Source of the DNA: Escherichia coli
GTDB lineage: Bacteria; Pseudomonadota; Gammaproteobacteria; Enterobacterales; Enterobacteriaceae
Length of the DNA stretch: 64,000 nt
Assembly: GCF_030384885.1 (NCBI RefSeq)
Contig: NZ_CP128614.1
Strand: one strand, 5' to 3'
The notes under the pieces: generated by a model
Seen by the model: only the letters and a program-made list of their open reading frames with translations
Databases searched by the model: none
What the model was told of the DNA's origin: nothing
Program-made: the position numbers and the translations under genes
Part shown: positions 1 through 10,753 of the stretch, piece by piece
Layout of the letters: every line of letters starts with the position of its first letter
Position numbering within the stretch: position 1 is the first letter of the stretch

Positions 1-187
1 TACAAAATACTGGATCAAGTGGAAGGAACGAAACCACCAAGAGATTAACCTTACCCGACATAGCAAAGTTCCAAAGAGGGAGTATCTGGGTTCTTACGCA
101 CCAAAAGTTGAGCTAATTGGTAATGCCAGAAAAGTAACGATCACTTGGCATCAGTTCAGCCCTTATAAAACAAGAGCGCCTAGTCAC

Positions 188-391
188 ATGTCAAAACGGG
201 TGCAACCAATGAAAAGTGGAAAATATTCTAAGAACTGTTTTGTAAACCATGCCAGCTGGGAATACGAAATGATTTCTGAAACGGAAGCATTGCTGGAGCC
301 TTACAGAGAAATGCTTGAGCTCTATCATTCAGCATATATCGAACTTGGACGAAAAATCCGTCAATACTCAAAAACTAAGGTGGCACAATGA
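188..391 (+). CDS. hypothetical small protein
   Basis: 67-aa ORF directly upstream of and co-directional with the transfer genes; no recognisable motif. Confidence 0.3.
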   Translation: MSKRVQPMKSGKYSKNCFVNHASWEYEMISETEALLEPYREMLELYHSAYIELGRKIRQYSKTKVAQ

Positions 392-1125
392 CCGACGCAA
401 TTATCACGGACAATGAGCGTATTAACATTGAACCAAAAGATGTAATGGTAAAAGGTTCAAATAAAAAGCAAGGCGTAAACGCTCAAACTTCTACTCAACG
501 TAGACCAGAGCACCAGGGTATGGCCAAAGTTATTATTAACCCCGGCACCCCAGATTTTAACCGGTTTTTAACTGCCAGAAATGGAGCAGTCATCAGAGGT
601 TTTGATGATGTGAGTATCGCTATTTCCTCTCTCTTTAAAACGGTTGATGCAGTTAAACATCCTGACCTTGTTCAGGCTATTCAGGATTGGTTCAACGAGC
701 TGCATGAAGAAAACAATAAGATGAAAGAAAATCTTGTTGCTTATATTAAGTCAATTGAGTTCGACAAGAATGACTCATTCATGTCATCAACTCAGTTTGT
801 ACCTTTCAGTTTTGAACCAGTACAACTCAACTTCAATAACCACAACACCATGAGGTTTTACAAGTACATCTTCGAGATGAACCAGCTCATGAACACAATG
901 TATGAGTACAACTCATTGGGTTTACTGGCTGTAAGCGACTATCCGGTTATGTCTCACAACATTATAAAGAGTATTAATTTATATGTTGAGAATGTGAAAA
1001 AGACTCTGAATGTTTCTCGCCGTAAGGATGGGCCATACAGTCCAGCAGAGTTCATCACCAAAGTAATGCAATATAAAAGTGTGCAGGCATACATTGCAGC
1101 CGAACTGTCAGGCAAACGTCGATAA
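388..1125 (+). CDS. conserved transfer-region protein, possible relaxosome accessory protein
   Basis: 245-aa ORF ending 4 bp before the relaxase ORF on the same strand; function not readable from sequence. Confidence 0.45.
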   Translation: MTDAIITDNERINIEPKDVMVKGSNKKQGVNAQTSTQRRPEHQGMAKVIINPGTPDFNRFLTARNGAVIRGFDDVSIAISSLFKTVDAVKHPDLVQAIQDWFNELHEENNKMKENLVAYIKSIEFDKNDSFMSSTQFVPFSFEPVQLNFNNHNTMRFYKYIFEMNQLMNTMYEYNSLGLLAVSDYPVMSHNIIKSINLYVENVKKTLNVSRRKDGPYSPAEFITKVMQYKSVQAYIAAELSGKRR

Positions 1126-1128
1126 GGT

Positions 1129-4100
1129 ATGATGATGAATTTCAGGGCGCTGTATTTATGTATTAAACGGATTTTGGGGATATTCTCATCTCAGGAGAAT
1201 GATGCAACCTCTGTAATGATTGAGGATATATCAAGCCTCTCTCCTTTTGCGCAGATTCTAGGAGATCAGAAGTACACTGTTCCTGATCATCCAAATCCAG
1301 AAGTCCTGAAATTCATCGAGTATCCAACTCGTCCGACGGGCATACAGACATTTAATGAACAGTCAATCCTGTCTCTGTATCGGGAAAAGCTGCACTCAAT
1401 TTCAATGATGTTAGCTATCAGCGATAGCGACATCAGGGACGATGCATATACATTTACTAATTTAGTATTAAAGCCCTTGGTTGAATATGTTCGCTGGATA
1501 CATCTTTTGCCAGCTTCCGAAAATCATCATCATAATGGTATTGGTGGGTTACTTTCTCACAGCCTGGAAGTGGCCATACTCTCTTTAAAAAATGCGCATC
1601 ACTCAGAACTGAGACCAATCGGATATCAAGATGAAGAAGTAGTCCGTAGAAAAGTATATCTCTATGCTGCGTTTATCTGTGGTTTAGTCCATGATGCCGG
1701 AAAGGTTTACGATCTCGATATTGTAAGCCTGAATTTAGCTAGTCCGATCATTTGGACGCCAAGCTCACAAAGTCTTCTTGACTGGGCACGTGAAAATGAC
1801 GTGGTTGAATACGAAATCCACTGGCGAAAGCGTATTCATAATCAACATAATATCTGGTCCAGCGTTTTCCTTGAGCGAATCCTAAACCCGGTATGTCTTG
1901 CATTTTTGGATCGGGTAAATAAAGAACGTGTTTATTCAAAAATGATCACCGCCCTAAACGTTTATACTGATGGGAATGACTTTTTGTCTAAATGCGTGAG
2001 GACCGCTGATTTCTATTCTACTGGTACAGACCTTAATGTTTTACGTGACCCTATCATGGGTCTGCGTTCTAATGATGCAGCAGCAAGGGCCATTAGTACC
2101 ATCAAGCACAACTTTACCAGTATCAATATCAACAATTACAATGCTAAGCCTATGCACATCATTATCGTAAATGGTGAGGTATACCTTAACGAGAACGCAT
2201 TCCTTGATTTTGTTCTCAATGATTTCGAATTACATAAATATAACTTCCCTCAGGGAGAGGCTGGTAAGACGGTATTGGTAGAATCCCTAGTTCAACGTGG
2301 TTACGTCGAGCCCTATGATGATGAGCGTGTCGTTCACTACTTCATTCCGGGTATCTATTCGGAAAACGAAATATCAAACATCTTTAGAAATGGGATAGGG
2401 AAACTAGAATTCTATAACCTTCTTAAGCTAAGGTGGATTGGTTTAATCTTTGATTCCTATAAAATCCCTGACTCAGTGCCGGGTCTTTTTAGCGTTAATG
2501 CCAATAAAGACTTTATTTACATTGACGAGCAAAAAACAGTTACTGAATACAGAAGACCAGTGCCCGGTCGGGACGCTATAACTAAAATTACTGATACTGT
2601 TGAGACGGCTGTTCTTAAGGTTAATGATTTAGGCCGCTCCACTGCCTCTATTGATGTTGATATACATTCTAAGAAAAATGAAGGCTCATCCGACGATTTT
2701 GAGAAGAAAGCCGAAAGTGATAATGAAATTGATAATGACACGCAGATAGTTAAATCTGAGGGTGAGGAAGCAGCTGATCCTGTCATTCCTGATATAGAAG
2801 AAAGTGAAGATGAATCGGCAAAGGACACGGAATCCCATGTCCTGGTCAACCAACTTCATGAACTCCTTTTAAGCGCTCCACTTTCCAATGACTATATAGT
2901 GTGTGTAGATGCTGTCCCCTACCTCAACATAGATGCCACTATGGCATTGCTGCCGGGATTAGATGAAAAAGCATTTAGTGAAGAGCCCTATTTCCAACTG
3001 ACATTCAGAGAAGGCTCTCTCGATGGAATGTGGATAGTAAGGGACATTGACGATCTGCGTTTAGTCCAGCTCGGCGATAACTGCGCCGGGTTCCAGCTCA
3101 CCTATCATGAGCCAAGAAGGCCAACAACTTTAAAGTCACTTTTCAATACTTCTATGTATCAGGCATTAGTGATTAATGATGAGTCTTCTGTTGAAAACTC
3201 TGCCCCACGTCCAAAGCAAACGCTTGAGCTGCCTCCCCCACGTGTAAATGCAGTCGAAGAACATTCTGGCGACGTGGAATATCATGGAACCGATAGTGCA
3301 TCCGCGACTGGTCCGCTGAAAACTGAGGCTGTGGAATATGAACATTATCAACATCTTTTTGAGGAAGAAGATGAAGAGCATGAGATCATTGATTATACCG
3401 ATTTCACACAGCTTAGTGTTTCTCGGCCAGAAGTCGGTAGTTGTGCAACAAGCTCTTCGGTCCATAATGAAAAGCTTCTCCCCGAGCCGTCAGAATTACC
3501 AGAACTTAACCGAGAACAGAACGCTGATCCCCAGGGTACGATTGAACGCTCTATGGATGTTTCTGTAGGACAAGAAAACTCAGAACCAGATACTGAGGGT
3601 AACTGCCCACCACCAGCTGAAGTTGTGTATTCCCAGACCGAAGCAGCCGCAACCAGTGTGATGGCAAGTGAAGAGCCCGCCTTACCTCCTGTACTTGAAG
3701 AATCAAATGGAGAGCATGCGCCCACAGACGCTAAGGGGCATCATCTTTCGCCAGCACTGGCCAGACTGTTCGCCCCAACAGCACCGGTAGAAAAACAAAA
3801 TCCCAAGCGCAACCGGAATAAATCATCGGACAAAGCAGAAGTACAAAAACCAGCATCACCTGTTTCTGGTCACAATCTGAACAGTAAAGTCTTTGCAACT
3901 ACTGAATCAGACCAAAATGGTGAATTCTCGCTTATAAGCGAAGGTGACGTTACAGAGCTTGAATTTGTAGAAATTGCGTCAGTACTGCATCAAATTCTGT
4001 CCAAAATGGAGGTGGCGTTTAAAAGAAAGCGCAAAAACAGATTTATGGTAAGTACTCCTAATACTCTCTATCTGACCCAATCTTGCGTGGAAAAATTTGG

Positions 4101-4281
4101 GTCGCAGTTAGAGGCTCAAGATCTTTTCAATAAGCTTCCTCAGTACCTCGTTAATTCTGGTGCTGTGATCAATACAAAATGCCATGCATTTAACATGCCT
4201 ACTTTGCTGGCCGCATCAGACCGGGCGAAAGTGGACATTGAACGAATTATCAATAACCTGAAAGAGGCTGGGAACCTATAA
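1129..4281 (+). CDS. traI: MobH-family (HD-domain) conjugative relaxase, TraI-like
   Basis: 1050-aa ORF; His cluster HHHNGIGGLLSHSLEVA and HD motif GLVHDAGK in the N-terminal part as in MobH relaxases; long acidic low-complexity C-terminal half; stop overlaps the next start (ATGA); true start may be an internal Met. Confidence 0.7.
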   Translation: MMMNFRALYLCIKRILGIFSSQENDATSVMIEDISSLSPFAQILGDQKYTVPDHPNPEVLKFIEYPTRPTGIQTFNEQSILSLYREKLHSISMMLAISDSDIRDDAYTFTNLVLKPLVEYVRWIHLLPASENHHHNGIGGLLSHSLEVAILSLKNAHHSELRPIGYQDEEVVRRKVYLYAAFICGLVHDAGKVYDLDIVSLNLASPIIWTPSSQSLLDWARENDVVEYEIHWRKRIHNQHNIWSSVFLERILNPVCLAFLDRVNKERVYSKMITALNVYTDGNDFLSKCVRTADFYSTGTDLNVLRDPIMGLRSNDAAARAISTIKHNFTSININNYNAKPMHIIIVNGEVYLNENAFLDFVLNDFELHKYNFPQGEAGKTVLVESLVQRGYVEPYDDERVVHYFIPGIYSENEISNIFRNGIGKLEFYNLLKLRWIGLIFDSYKIPDSVPGLFSVNANKDFIYIDEQKTVTEYRRPVPGRDAITKITDTVETAVLKVNDLGRSTASIDVDIHSKKNEGSSDDFEKKAESDNEIDNDTQIVKSEGEEAADPVIPDIEESEDESAKDTESHVLVNQLHELLLSAPLSNDYIVCVDAVPYLNIDATMALLPGLDEKAFSEEPYFQLTFREGSLDGMWIVRDIDDLRLVQLGDNCAGFQLTYHEPRRPTTLKSLFNTSMYQALVINDESSVENSAPRPKQTLELPPPRVNAVEEHSGDVEYHGTDSASATGPLKTEAVEYEHYQHLFEEEDEEHEIIDYTDFTQLSVSRPEVGSCATSSSVHNEKLLPEPSELPELNREQNADPQGTIERSMDVSVGQENSEPDTEGNCPPPAEVVYSQTEAAATSVMASEEPALPPVLEESNGEHAPTDAKGHHLSPALARLFAPTAPVEKQNPKRNRNKSSDKAEVQKPASPVSGHNLNSKVFATTESDQNGEFSLISEGDVTELEFVEIASVLHQILSKMEVAFKRKRKNRFMVSTPNTLYLTQSCVEKFGSQLEAQDLFNKLPQYLVNSGAVINTKCHAFNMPTLLAASDRAKVDIERIINNLKEAGNL

Positions 4282-6365
4282 TGTCAGATTCGAAGAGGAC
4301 TAACCTCCATGCACAAGAGAATTTTTATCGGCCTATTCTTGAGTATCGTAGTGCCTCAATACTTTTGATTTGTTCGGTTTCTATGCTTTATATGGGACTT
4401 TCTTCAGACGGACTGGACATCGCCCCAATAGTTCTGTTCACCTCAATATTGCTTTTTTTGCTGTGCCTTTATCGTTGCAAAACAGCAGCGCCATTCTTGA
4501 TGGCTCATTGGCGTGTATTCAAGCGACATTTCATGTTCGTTAGTCTTGATTCACTGCGTGTAATTAACAAAAGTAACTTTTTCTCCAATGAGCGAAAGTA
4601 TCGTCAACTGGTTCAGGATTATCAAAATAAAAATAAGGATATACCCGAGCGAAAGTCCTATTTTTGTGATGGGTTTGAGTGGGGCCCGGAACATGCGGAT
4701 CGGGCATATCAAATAGCTAACCTCTCCAGTGATAAACGTGAGATCGAGTTGCCATTCGTCTTCAACCCAATTAAGAGACATTTTGACGCAATGGCTCGTA
4801 AGATGGGCGGCAGCAATGCAATTTTTGCTGTGGAACGTAGGGAACCCATATTTGTAACTGAAGACAATTGGTTTGGTCATACTCTGATAACCGGAAACGT
4901 GGGTACCGGGAAAACGGTGCTACAGCGTTTACTAAGCATTAGCATGCTTCATCTTGGTCATGTTGTTGTTGTCATAGATCCAAAGAACGATGCAGAGTGG
5001 CGAGAATCTCTAATGGAAGAGGCTAAGACCCTCGGTCTTCCTTTCTATAAATTTCATCCTGGCCAGCCAGCATCTTCGGTCTGTATTGATGTCTGCAACA
5101 CCTATACTAATGTTTCTGACCTAACATCTCGTCTTTTGAGCTTGGTGACAGTTCCCGGTGAGGTTAACCCATTCGTTCAGTATGCCAAGGCTCTCGTTTC
5201 CAATGTGATTTCCGGGCTTTCTTACATAGAGAAAAAGCCTTCTATTTATCTGATTCACAAGAACATGAAAAGCCACATGTCTATTGTGAATCTTACAGTC
5301 AAGGTAATGGAGTCATGTTACGCGAGATATTATGGTTACGATGTCTGGACCGAAAAAGTTAAGTACGTCGCTAACGAAACCTTGCCGGTACGTTTCAAGC
5401 GTCTCGCTGAATGGTTTACGGCTCATTTCATGAATTACGAGGGGTCCGAACAAATAGACTGGTTAGATACTGTTTCCCAGCTTATTGATTACTCAATGTC
5501 CGACCCAGAGCATATGGCTAAAATGACCGCAGGTATTATGCCTGTTTTCGATATGCTCATTGAAAAACCTTTAAATGAGCTTTTATCTCCTAACCCGAAC
5601 TCAGTATCATCAAGAGAAATTGTAACAAGCGAAGGGATGTTCAGCACTGGCGGGGTGCTATACATTTCGCTTGATGGCCTTTCAAACCCCGATACAGCAG
5701 CTGCTATTTCTCAATTAATAATGTCAGATCTGACCTCCTGTGCCGGTAGTCGCTACAACGCTCAGGATGGTGATATGTCAGCTAATTCCAGGATAAGTAT
5801 TTTTGTTGATGAGGCACACTCAGCCATTAACAACCCTATGATTAACCTTCTGGCGCAGGGTCGTGCAGCGAAAATTGCACTGTTTATTTGCACCCAAACC
5901 ATCTCCGACTTTATTGCTGCGGCAAGTGTTGAAACTGCCAATCGAATTACGGGGCTCTGCAACAATTATATAAGCTTGCGAGTCAACGATACTCCTACTC
6001 AGACGCTTGTTGTAGAGAACTTTGGTAAGAGTGCGATAAGCACAAATATGGTCACTTATACGACCGGTTCAGAAACATCTTTGCCGCATAATAACTTCTC
6101 AGGTTCAATCTCAGAAAGAAAGCAGACAACTTTAGAAGAGAGTATTCCAAAGGATCTCTTGGGTCAGGTCCCTATGTTTCACATAGTTGCCAGGCTTCAA
6201 GATGGCAGGAAGGTTGTAGGCCAAATCCCTATTGCTGTTGCTGAGAAACAAATGAAGCCAAACACAACTCTGTCGGAAATGCTTTTCAAGAAGGCCGGAA
6301 AAGTTACTTTGCGTCAAAATCTCGATATCAAAAATCTTAATAAATTTCTAAGGAAGTTTCATTGA
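4281..6365 (+). CDS. traD: conjugative coupling protein (T4CP), TraD-like
   Basis: 694-aa ORF; N-terminal hydrophobic segments, Walker A GNVGTGKT and Walker B-like SIFVDEAH; translationally coupled to the relaxase gene. Confidence 0.8.
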   Translation: MSDSKRTNLHAQENFYRPILEYRSASILLICSVSMLYMGLSSDGLDIAPIVLFTSILLFLLCLYRCKTAAPFLMAHWRVFKRHFMFVSLDSLRVINKSNFFSNERKYRQLVQDYQNKNKDIPERKSYFCDGFEWGPEHADRAYQIANLSSDKREIELPFVFNPIKRHFDAMARKMGGSNAIFAVERREPIFVTEDNWFGHTLITGNVGTGKTVLQRLLSISMLHLGHVVVVIDPKNDAEWRESLMEEAKTLGLPFYKFHPGQPASSVCIDVCNTYTNVSDLTSRLLSLVTVPGEVNPFVQYAKALVSNVISGLSYIEKKPSIYLIHKNMKSHMSIVNLTVKVMESCYARYYGYDVWTEKVKYVANETLPVRFKRLAEWFTAHFMNYEGSEQIDWLDTVSQLIDYSMSDPEHMAKMTAGIMPVFDMLIEKPLNELLSPNPNSVSSREIVTSEGMFSTGGVLYISLDGLSNPDTAAAISQLIMSDLTSCAGSRYNAQDGDMSANSRISIFVDEAHSAINNPMINLLAQGRAAKIALFICTQTISDFIAAASVETANRITGLCNNYISLRVNDTPTQTLVVENFGKSAISTNMVTYTTGSETSLPHNNFSGSISERKQTTLEESIPKDLLGQVPMFHIVARLQDGRKVVGQIPIAVAEKQMKPNTTLSEMLFKKAGKVTLRQNLDIKNLNKFLRKFH

Positions 6366-7474
6366 TGGATGAAAAAATTGTCCTGACGCGCCAGCAAATT
6401 TTAAGCTCTGCACTAAAAGTCAGCAAATGTCGCTCGCTCGTAAAAAGGCGCTTTCAGTCTTTGGGTTTAAAGTACGCAGATTCTCAGGAAGTTCGAGATC
6501 GGCTAACTAAGATAGAAAAAAACGCGTTTCATCATTTGGGAAAATTTTGTCAGAGCAACGATATCGATTCCCTATTCTCCATGGCAAATACCCTGTCTGA
6601 GCTTTTCCTTTTAAAGGGAGAGTTGATCACGACTGATCCCTTTGGGGACCGTGAAACCAGCTACTGGTCGGTACCACAAGGTTCATGCCATGAATGGATT
6701 CAATCGCTGACCACCAGCGAAGGTCCTGAACGTAAATTCGTTAGTTTCCGTATTTCTTTCGATAACAATGACGAACGGTGTGATCTTGTAAAGAAGAATG
6801 CCCGTATGCTTGGTTGTTATCTTTTGCCTTATTTCGTCGATTTGACACGCACGGTGGGCGCATTCATTAATTTGCCAGGTAGTGTCTCTTTTAAACAAGT
6901 ACAGCGCATCAAACCCCAGATTCATCCAGAAACAACACATAGTCATATAGTTACTATTGAGGACTCTCCCTTTCTTTCTCGGTTAAAATTTAAAATCATT
7001 ACTGCCATAGATCGGCTTCCTGACCCTAATGGCCTTTATACAAACACCTTTAACAGCATTATTGACCGTGCACTGCTGACTCATCTCAAAACCGAACAGG
7101 AAAAAATAGATAGTCCAAGAGTCTGCAAAAATGTGATTTCGGCTTTTGCCGACTCAACTCTTTCTCTGCCGGTGTTTAACATCGGCCTAAACGAGCAGTA
7201 CAGATACTGGACGCCGTGGGGCATCAACTTTATAGAATTTTCCCGCCAGGCCGCAAAAGTAAGGACCGCTGTATTTGTTCCTGATGTGGGACAGATCGAG
7301 TGGAAAAGCGCAGAGCATAAAGAACTGGCGGAGTTAAGCCTCATCGACCAAATCATACCTAAACAGTACCACTGGCTCCTGGGTATCCCGACGATGTGGC
7401 GTAACAACTATTGCAATCACGATCAGAGGCTAGCTCTTTTTCGTGAATGGAGGGAAAGCAATGGCTGCGGATAA
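6362..7474 (+). CDS. hypothetical protein of the transfer module
   Basis: 370-aa ORF overlapping the traD stop by 4 bp; no motif recognised. Confidence 0.5.
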   Translation: MMDEKIVLTRQQILSSALKVSKCRSLVKRRFQSLGLKYADSQEVRDRLTKIEKNAFHHLGKFCQSNDIDSLFSMANTLSELFLLKGELITTDPFGDRETSYWSVPQGSCHEWIQSLTTSEGPERKFVSFRISFDNNDERCDLVKKNARMLGCYLLPYFVDLTRTVGAFINLPGSVSFKQVQRIKPQIHPETTHSHIVTIEDSPFLSRLKFKIITAIDRLPDPNGLYTNTFNSIIDRALLTHLKTEQEKIDSPRVCKNVISAFADSTLSLPVFNIGLNEQYRYWTPWGINFIEFSRQAAKVRTAVFVPDVGQIEWKSAEHKELAELSLIDQIIPKQYHWLLGIPTMWRNNYCNHDQRLALFREWRESNGCG

Positions 7475-8123
7475 TACAAGCAGAGCAGCAGTGCTCAGAA
7501 CAATGCTTTTTTTTGGCATGGTCATTTATTTTGGTTACAGCCTGGCTTTCCAGAATACTGAGGAGCTCAAATATCAGATTACTCAGGAGGTTAATGCAAG
7601 CCGGTCCATCATATCAAATGACCGTTGGAAGTCTGTTATTGCAAATAGTGAAGCGACTTTAAATTGGTTGGTACATGACTATAAGTTAATTGACTATCTG
7701 AATACTATTCTGATCCCTGACACCAAAAAACCAGCCAGAGGTATTAACATTGTTGCTGAAAAATTTACCTCTATTAATTACACTATGGCCAAAAACATAC
7801 CCCTCTTACTTTATCAGTCCATTTTCCGGTGGAACTTAATCCTGGGGTGGCTAATCGTTTTTCTGCCCTATCTATTTGCCATGCTAGCAGATGGAATGTA
7901 CCAGTGGAAATTGAAGAGGTACGTATTTGGTAAGGTTACAGTTCAGTTTTATCGTATTTGGTTTCGAGCATTTTGGGTGATCAGTGCTTTAACGATGGTC
8001 TACCTGGTCATGCCGAATATGTCACTATTTAACAATATCGCTCAACTTTTCCCACCAGTCGCTTTATTGATACTGGGAATTGCATTGAATCGCTTGTGGT
8101 CTAACTTTCAAAAACTCATGTAA
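7443..8123 (+). CDS. integral membrane protein
   Basis: 226-aa ORF with several long hydrophobic segments (e.g. LRTMLFFGMVIYFGYSLAF, LILGWLIVFLPYLFAML); overlaps the upstream gene. Confidence 0.5.
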   Translation: MNGGKAMAADNTSRAAVLRTMLFFGMVIYFGYSLAFQNTEELKYQITQEVNASRSIISNDRWKSVIANSEATLNWLVHDYKLIDYLNTILIPDTKKPARGINIVAEKFTSINYTMAKNIPLLLYQSIFRWNLILGWLIVFLPYLFAMLADGMYQWKLKRYVFGKVTVQFYRIWFRAFWVISALTMVYLVMPNMSLFNNIAQLFPPVALLILGIALNRLWSNFQKLM

Positions 8124-8133
8124 AGGTGGTCAG

Positions 8134-9315
8134 ATGTTAAGCAGTAAAAAAAGGAAGTCCCCTACAAATATCAAAGAATCGCTCAATGATAACGCTGACC
8201 GTTTTTATAAGATGTTTCGCATTCATACCACGGCAAAAGTTGCTATGTCGCTAATTGCCATGACCGCTGTAGGGTTTTCTTTCTACAATCTTTACGAACA
8301 ATGGCAGGACGCTGAAGGGAAGAAAGACCATATAGCTGTAATACGGATTTCTGGCGAGATGGGTACCGGCTCGGAAACGGGCGATGGAACAGTGATCGCA
8401 ACAGCTCTTGCCAAAGCTTACAATAATCCCCATGCCAAAGCAGTTATTATCGAGGCAGAGTCAGGTGGTGGTGGTCCCTCTGACGCCATCATTATTTACC
8501 GCCAGATAAACGCGCTTAAAAACCACCAGCCACAGATTGAACGCGTATCAGATGCCGGTTGCTCTCTTTCATCTGTAGCCGCTGACAAGAGTAACAAAAC
8601 CGGGAGCACAGAACGTGGCGATGAAGCACGGTCGAAGCAAAACTCCCTCGAAGTACTCTCCAGCGGTACCGGTCGTTTTTTCTCTGATATCGCAGACTCA
8701 TATAAACCAATCATCGTTAGTGTGAAAGGCATATGCGCATCCGCATGCTATTACGCGGTATCGCCCGCTGATGCAATTTATGCCGACAGTAATGCCCTGA
8801 TCGGTTCTATCGGTGTGCGTATGGACCACTGGAATCTGTCAGAGATCATGAGCACAGTAGGCGTCAAGAATGAGCCCCTTACGGCCGGTGAGTTCAAAGA
8901 TGCTCTTGACCCCTTCCACCCATTGTCCGATTCAACGAGGGAGTTCATGCAGAAGGAGATCCTGAACACGATGCATGAAAAATTTATAACTGATGTTGAA
9001 CTTGGACGGGGTAAAAAGCTTCTCTCGCGTCATGATGCCGATGCTGTTTCTCTCTATTCAGGCCGTGTATGGCCAACACCTCAGGCAGTTAAGTACGGCC
9101 TGGTGGATGGAGATCTTACGTCAGTAGAGATCCGTACACGTCTTTCAAAAATGTACTCCACTGACACGTTCAAAAACTACAATGAGCCTCATCGTAATCT
9201 CCGTTCTGCACTCGGCATGCTGATGAGCCTGTCTTCAAATATTGAGAGCCTTACCGGTACCACTACCCGCTTGGTAGAATCTGTTAATGCCACCAGCTAC
9301 CCCTCTGTGAGGTAA
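8134..9315 (+). CDS. S49-family (SppA-like) serine peptidase
   Basis: 393-aa ORF; N-terminal membrane anchor; segment GICASACYYAVSPADAIYADSNALIGSIGV resembles the signal-peptide-peptidase catalytic region. Confidence 0.55.
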   Translation: MLSSKKRKSPTNIKESLNDNADRFYKMFRIHTTAKVAMSLIAMTAVGFSFYNLYEQWQDAEGKKDHIAVIRISGEMGTGSETGDGTVIATALAKAYNNPHAKAVIIEAESGGGGPSDAIIIYRQINALKNHQPQIERVSDAGCSLSSVAADKSNKTGSTERGDEARSKQNSLEVLSSGTGRFFSDIADSYKPIIVSVKGICASACYYAVSPADAIYADSNALIGSIGVRMDHWNLSEIMSTVGVKNEPLTAGEFKDALDPFHPLSDSTREFMQKEILNTMHEKFITDVELGRGKKLLSRHDADAVSLYSGRVWPTPQAVKYGLVDGDLTSVEIRTRLSKMYSTDTFKNYNEPHRNLRSALGMLMSLSSNIESLTGTTTRLVESVNATSYPSVR

Positions 9316-9316
9316 C

Positions 9317-10048
9317 ATGGATGCTTTCAATCTGCTGTGGAGCATTACGGGGGTAGCTTTCATTATCCTTATTTTCGTCGTGTTGCTGTGTCTGTTGGGT
9401 TTTATGACCTCTGCCATAGCGGAACGGCGGACTGCAAAGGCAATTGAATCTGGGCTTCCTGAAGAAGCTCAGGGGCTACTTAGTGATCTCACCTTTCAGT
9501 TGTCGGCTCATAGCACTACTCAGGTTGATCACATTCTCGTAGCCCCACATGGTATATACGTCATAGAGCAGAAAAACTACGTAGGCAAGCTCTACGGTAC
9601 TCTGGAGGAAAGCCACTGGCGGAAATGGACTCAGTCCCGAACCCTCAAGTTGCAGAACCCGTTTAAGCAAAACCAGGGGCACATCAGGGCTATTCAGTCT
9701 GCTCTTAAGGCTAGAGAACTGGAATGTATCAATGTCGTCATCATAAACGGACGTTGTAAGTTTGATGGCATCAAGCCGGAATGGTTATGTATGGGGATGG
9801 ACGATTTTATCCATAAAGTCAAACAACGACGAGGGCTACGGTTGTTCACACCGGAGTCTGTTCAGCACATCTGTTCGGTGTTGAAGTCAACAAGGAAGTC
9901 GCCAGGGCTCTATACGGACCTTACTCATATTCACAACATAACGACAAAGTACAAAGCCCCGATGAAATTCGAGCAACGAGTAACATACATTCTGCTCAAC
10001 TTTATCCATTATCTGTGGGCAAGTCTGTTCACTAAGCAGAAGCCTTAG
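9317..10048 (+). CDS. NERD-domain protein (predicted nuclease-related)
   Basis: 243-aa ORF; N-terminal TM helix then HILVAPHGIYVIEQKNY...HWRKW, matching the NERD signature as recalled. Confidence 0.55.
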   Translation: MDAFNLLWSITGVAFIILIFVVLLCLLGFMTSAIAERRTAKAIESGLPEEAQGLLSDLTFQLSAHSTTQVDHILVAPHGIYVIEQKNYVGKLYGTLEESHWRKWTQSRTLKLQNPFKQNQGHIRAIQSALKARELECINVVIINGRCKFDGIKPEWLCMGMDDFIHKVKQRRGLRLFTPESVQHICSVLKSTRKSPGLYTDLTHIHNITTKYKAPMKFEQRVTYILLNFIHYLWASLFTKQKP

Positions 10049-10086
10049 CGCTCTATCATTGGTAAGGCTGTAAAATGTCTGCAAAA

Positions 10087-10120
10087 GGCCCCATCGGTAA
10101 ATTGTTGGGGCTTTTTCTTT
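10087..10120 (+). terminator. rho-independent terminator after the transfer operon
   Basis: GC stem GCCCCA...TGGGGC followed by TTTTTCTTT, about 40 bp after the NERD gene stop. Confidence 0.6.
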
Positions 10121-10334
10121 GCGTAGTTCTGATACGGTTTATCCTGTGGAGCATTATGGCCACCAGCCAGCTGGTGACTGGCCAACGCTTTGTATGACGT
10201 AGCCTACTCAGGGCAGGCTATTTTAGAGGGACCGATTTTTATCCGGGCTAATTTAGAAAGAGATAATTTGAACTTAGGCGGGCTGACCACCAGCAGAGAG
10301 GTAAATCACTAGCCGGTGATATTGACAGAAGTCG

Positions 10335-10697
10335 TCAGGGGTTTAACGCCGGAATATTTTGCCAGGCCTCCTGCAAGGTCTGCAAGACTTCTACAAGTGA
10401 TAGTGACGGCCACAGGACTGTTTCCGTCATTATCACTCCAGGTGGCTCGCACTCTACTGGTACCAGAATTAAAACAACACGAGTTCCTTTTACCTGGTAG
10501 GCAAGGTTTACTGCCGGTTGGCGGTAGGAGGCCAGTACACCCTCACCATATTGAGCAGGGTTACTTGCCCAGTTCCGCACCATTGCATACACCTGAGGCA
10601 TATACCGACTATCCAGATCCCCTTTGGGCCGTCTGAACGGCACGATTTCTTCTGAGCGGTAGGTGGTCGTTGTTGTATTGGTTGTCATCTTTGTCAC
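10335..10697 (-). CDS. hypothetical protein
   Basis: 120-aa ORF preceded by a strong RBS (GGGGAGGTG); Thr-rich N-terminus; likely start is the internal ATG. Confidence 0.4.
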   Translation of the reverse strand: MTKMTTNTTTTTYRSEEIVPFRRPKGDLDSRYMPQVYAMVRNWASNPAQYGEGVLASYRQPAVNLAYQVKGTRVVLILVPVECEPPGVIMTETVLWPSLSLVEVLQTLQEAWQNIPALNP

Positions 10698-10753
10698 CTC
10701 CCCTGTTCGTCCATTTAGAGTTTTAAGCTGCTTTACACATCACACTCAACTGA

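Noticed and set aside
1748-3725. Minus-strand and alternative-frame ORFs inside the relaxase gene (1748..1939, 2517..2849, 3166..3465, 3338..3568, 3393..3725)
   Set aside because: Fully embedded in a long, motif-supported coding region on the opposite strand or in another frame, and their products are low-complexity; treated as spurious.
10316-10636. Plus-strand 106-aa ORF overlapping 10335..10697
   Set aside because: The minus-strand ORF has a strong RBS (GGGGAGGTG) and is co-directional with its neighbours; the plus-strand ORF has neither.
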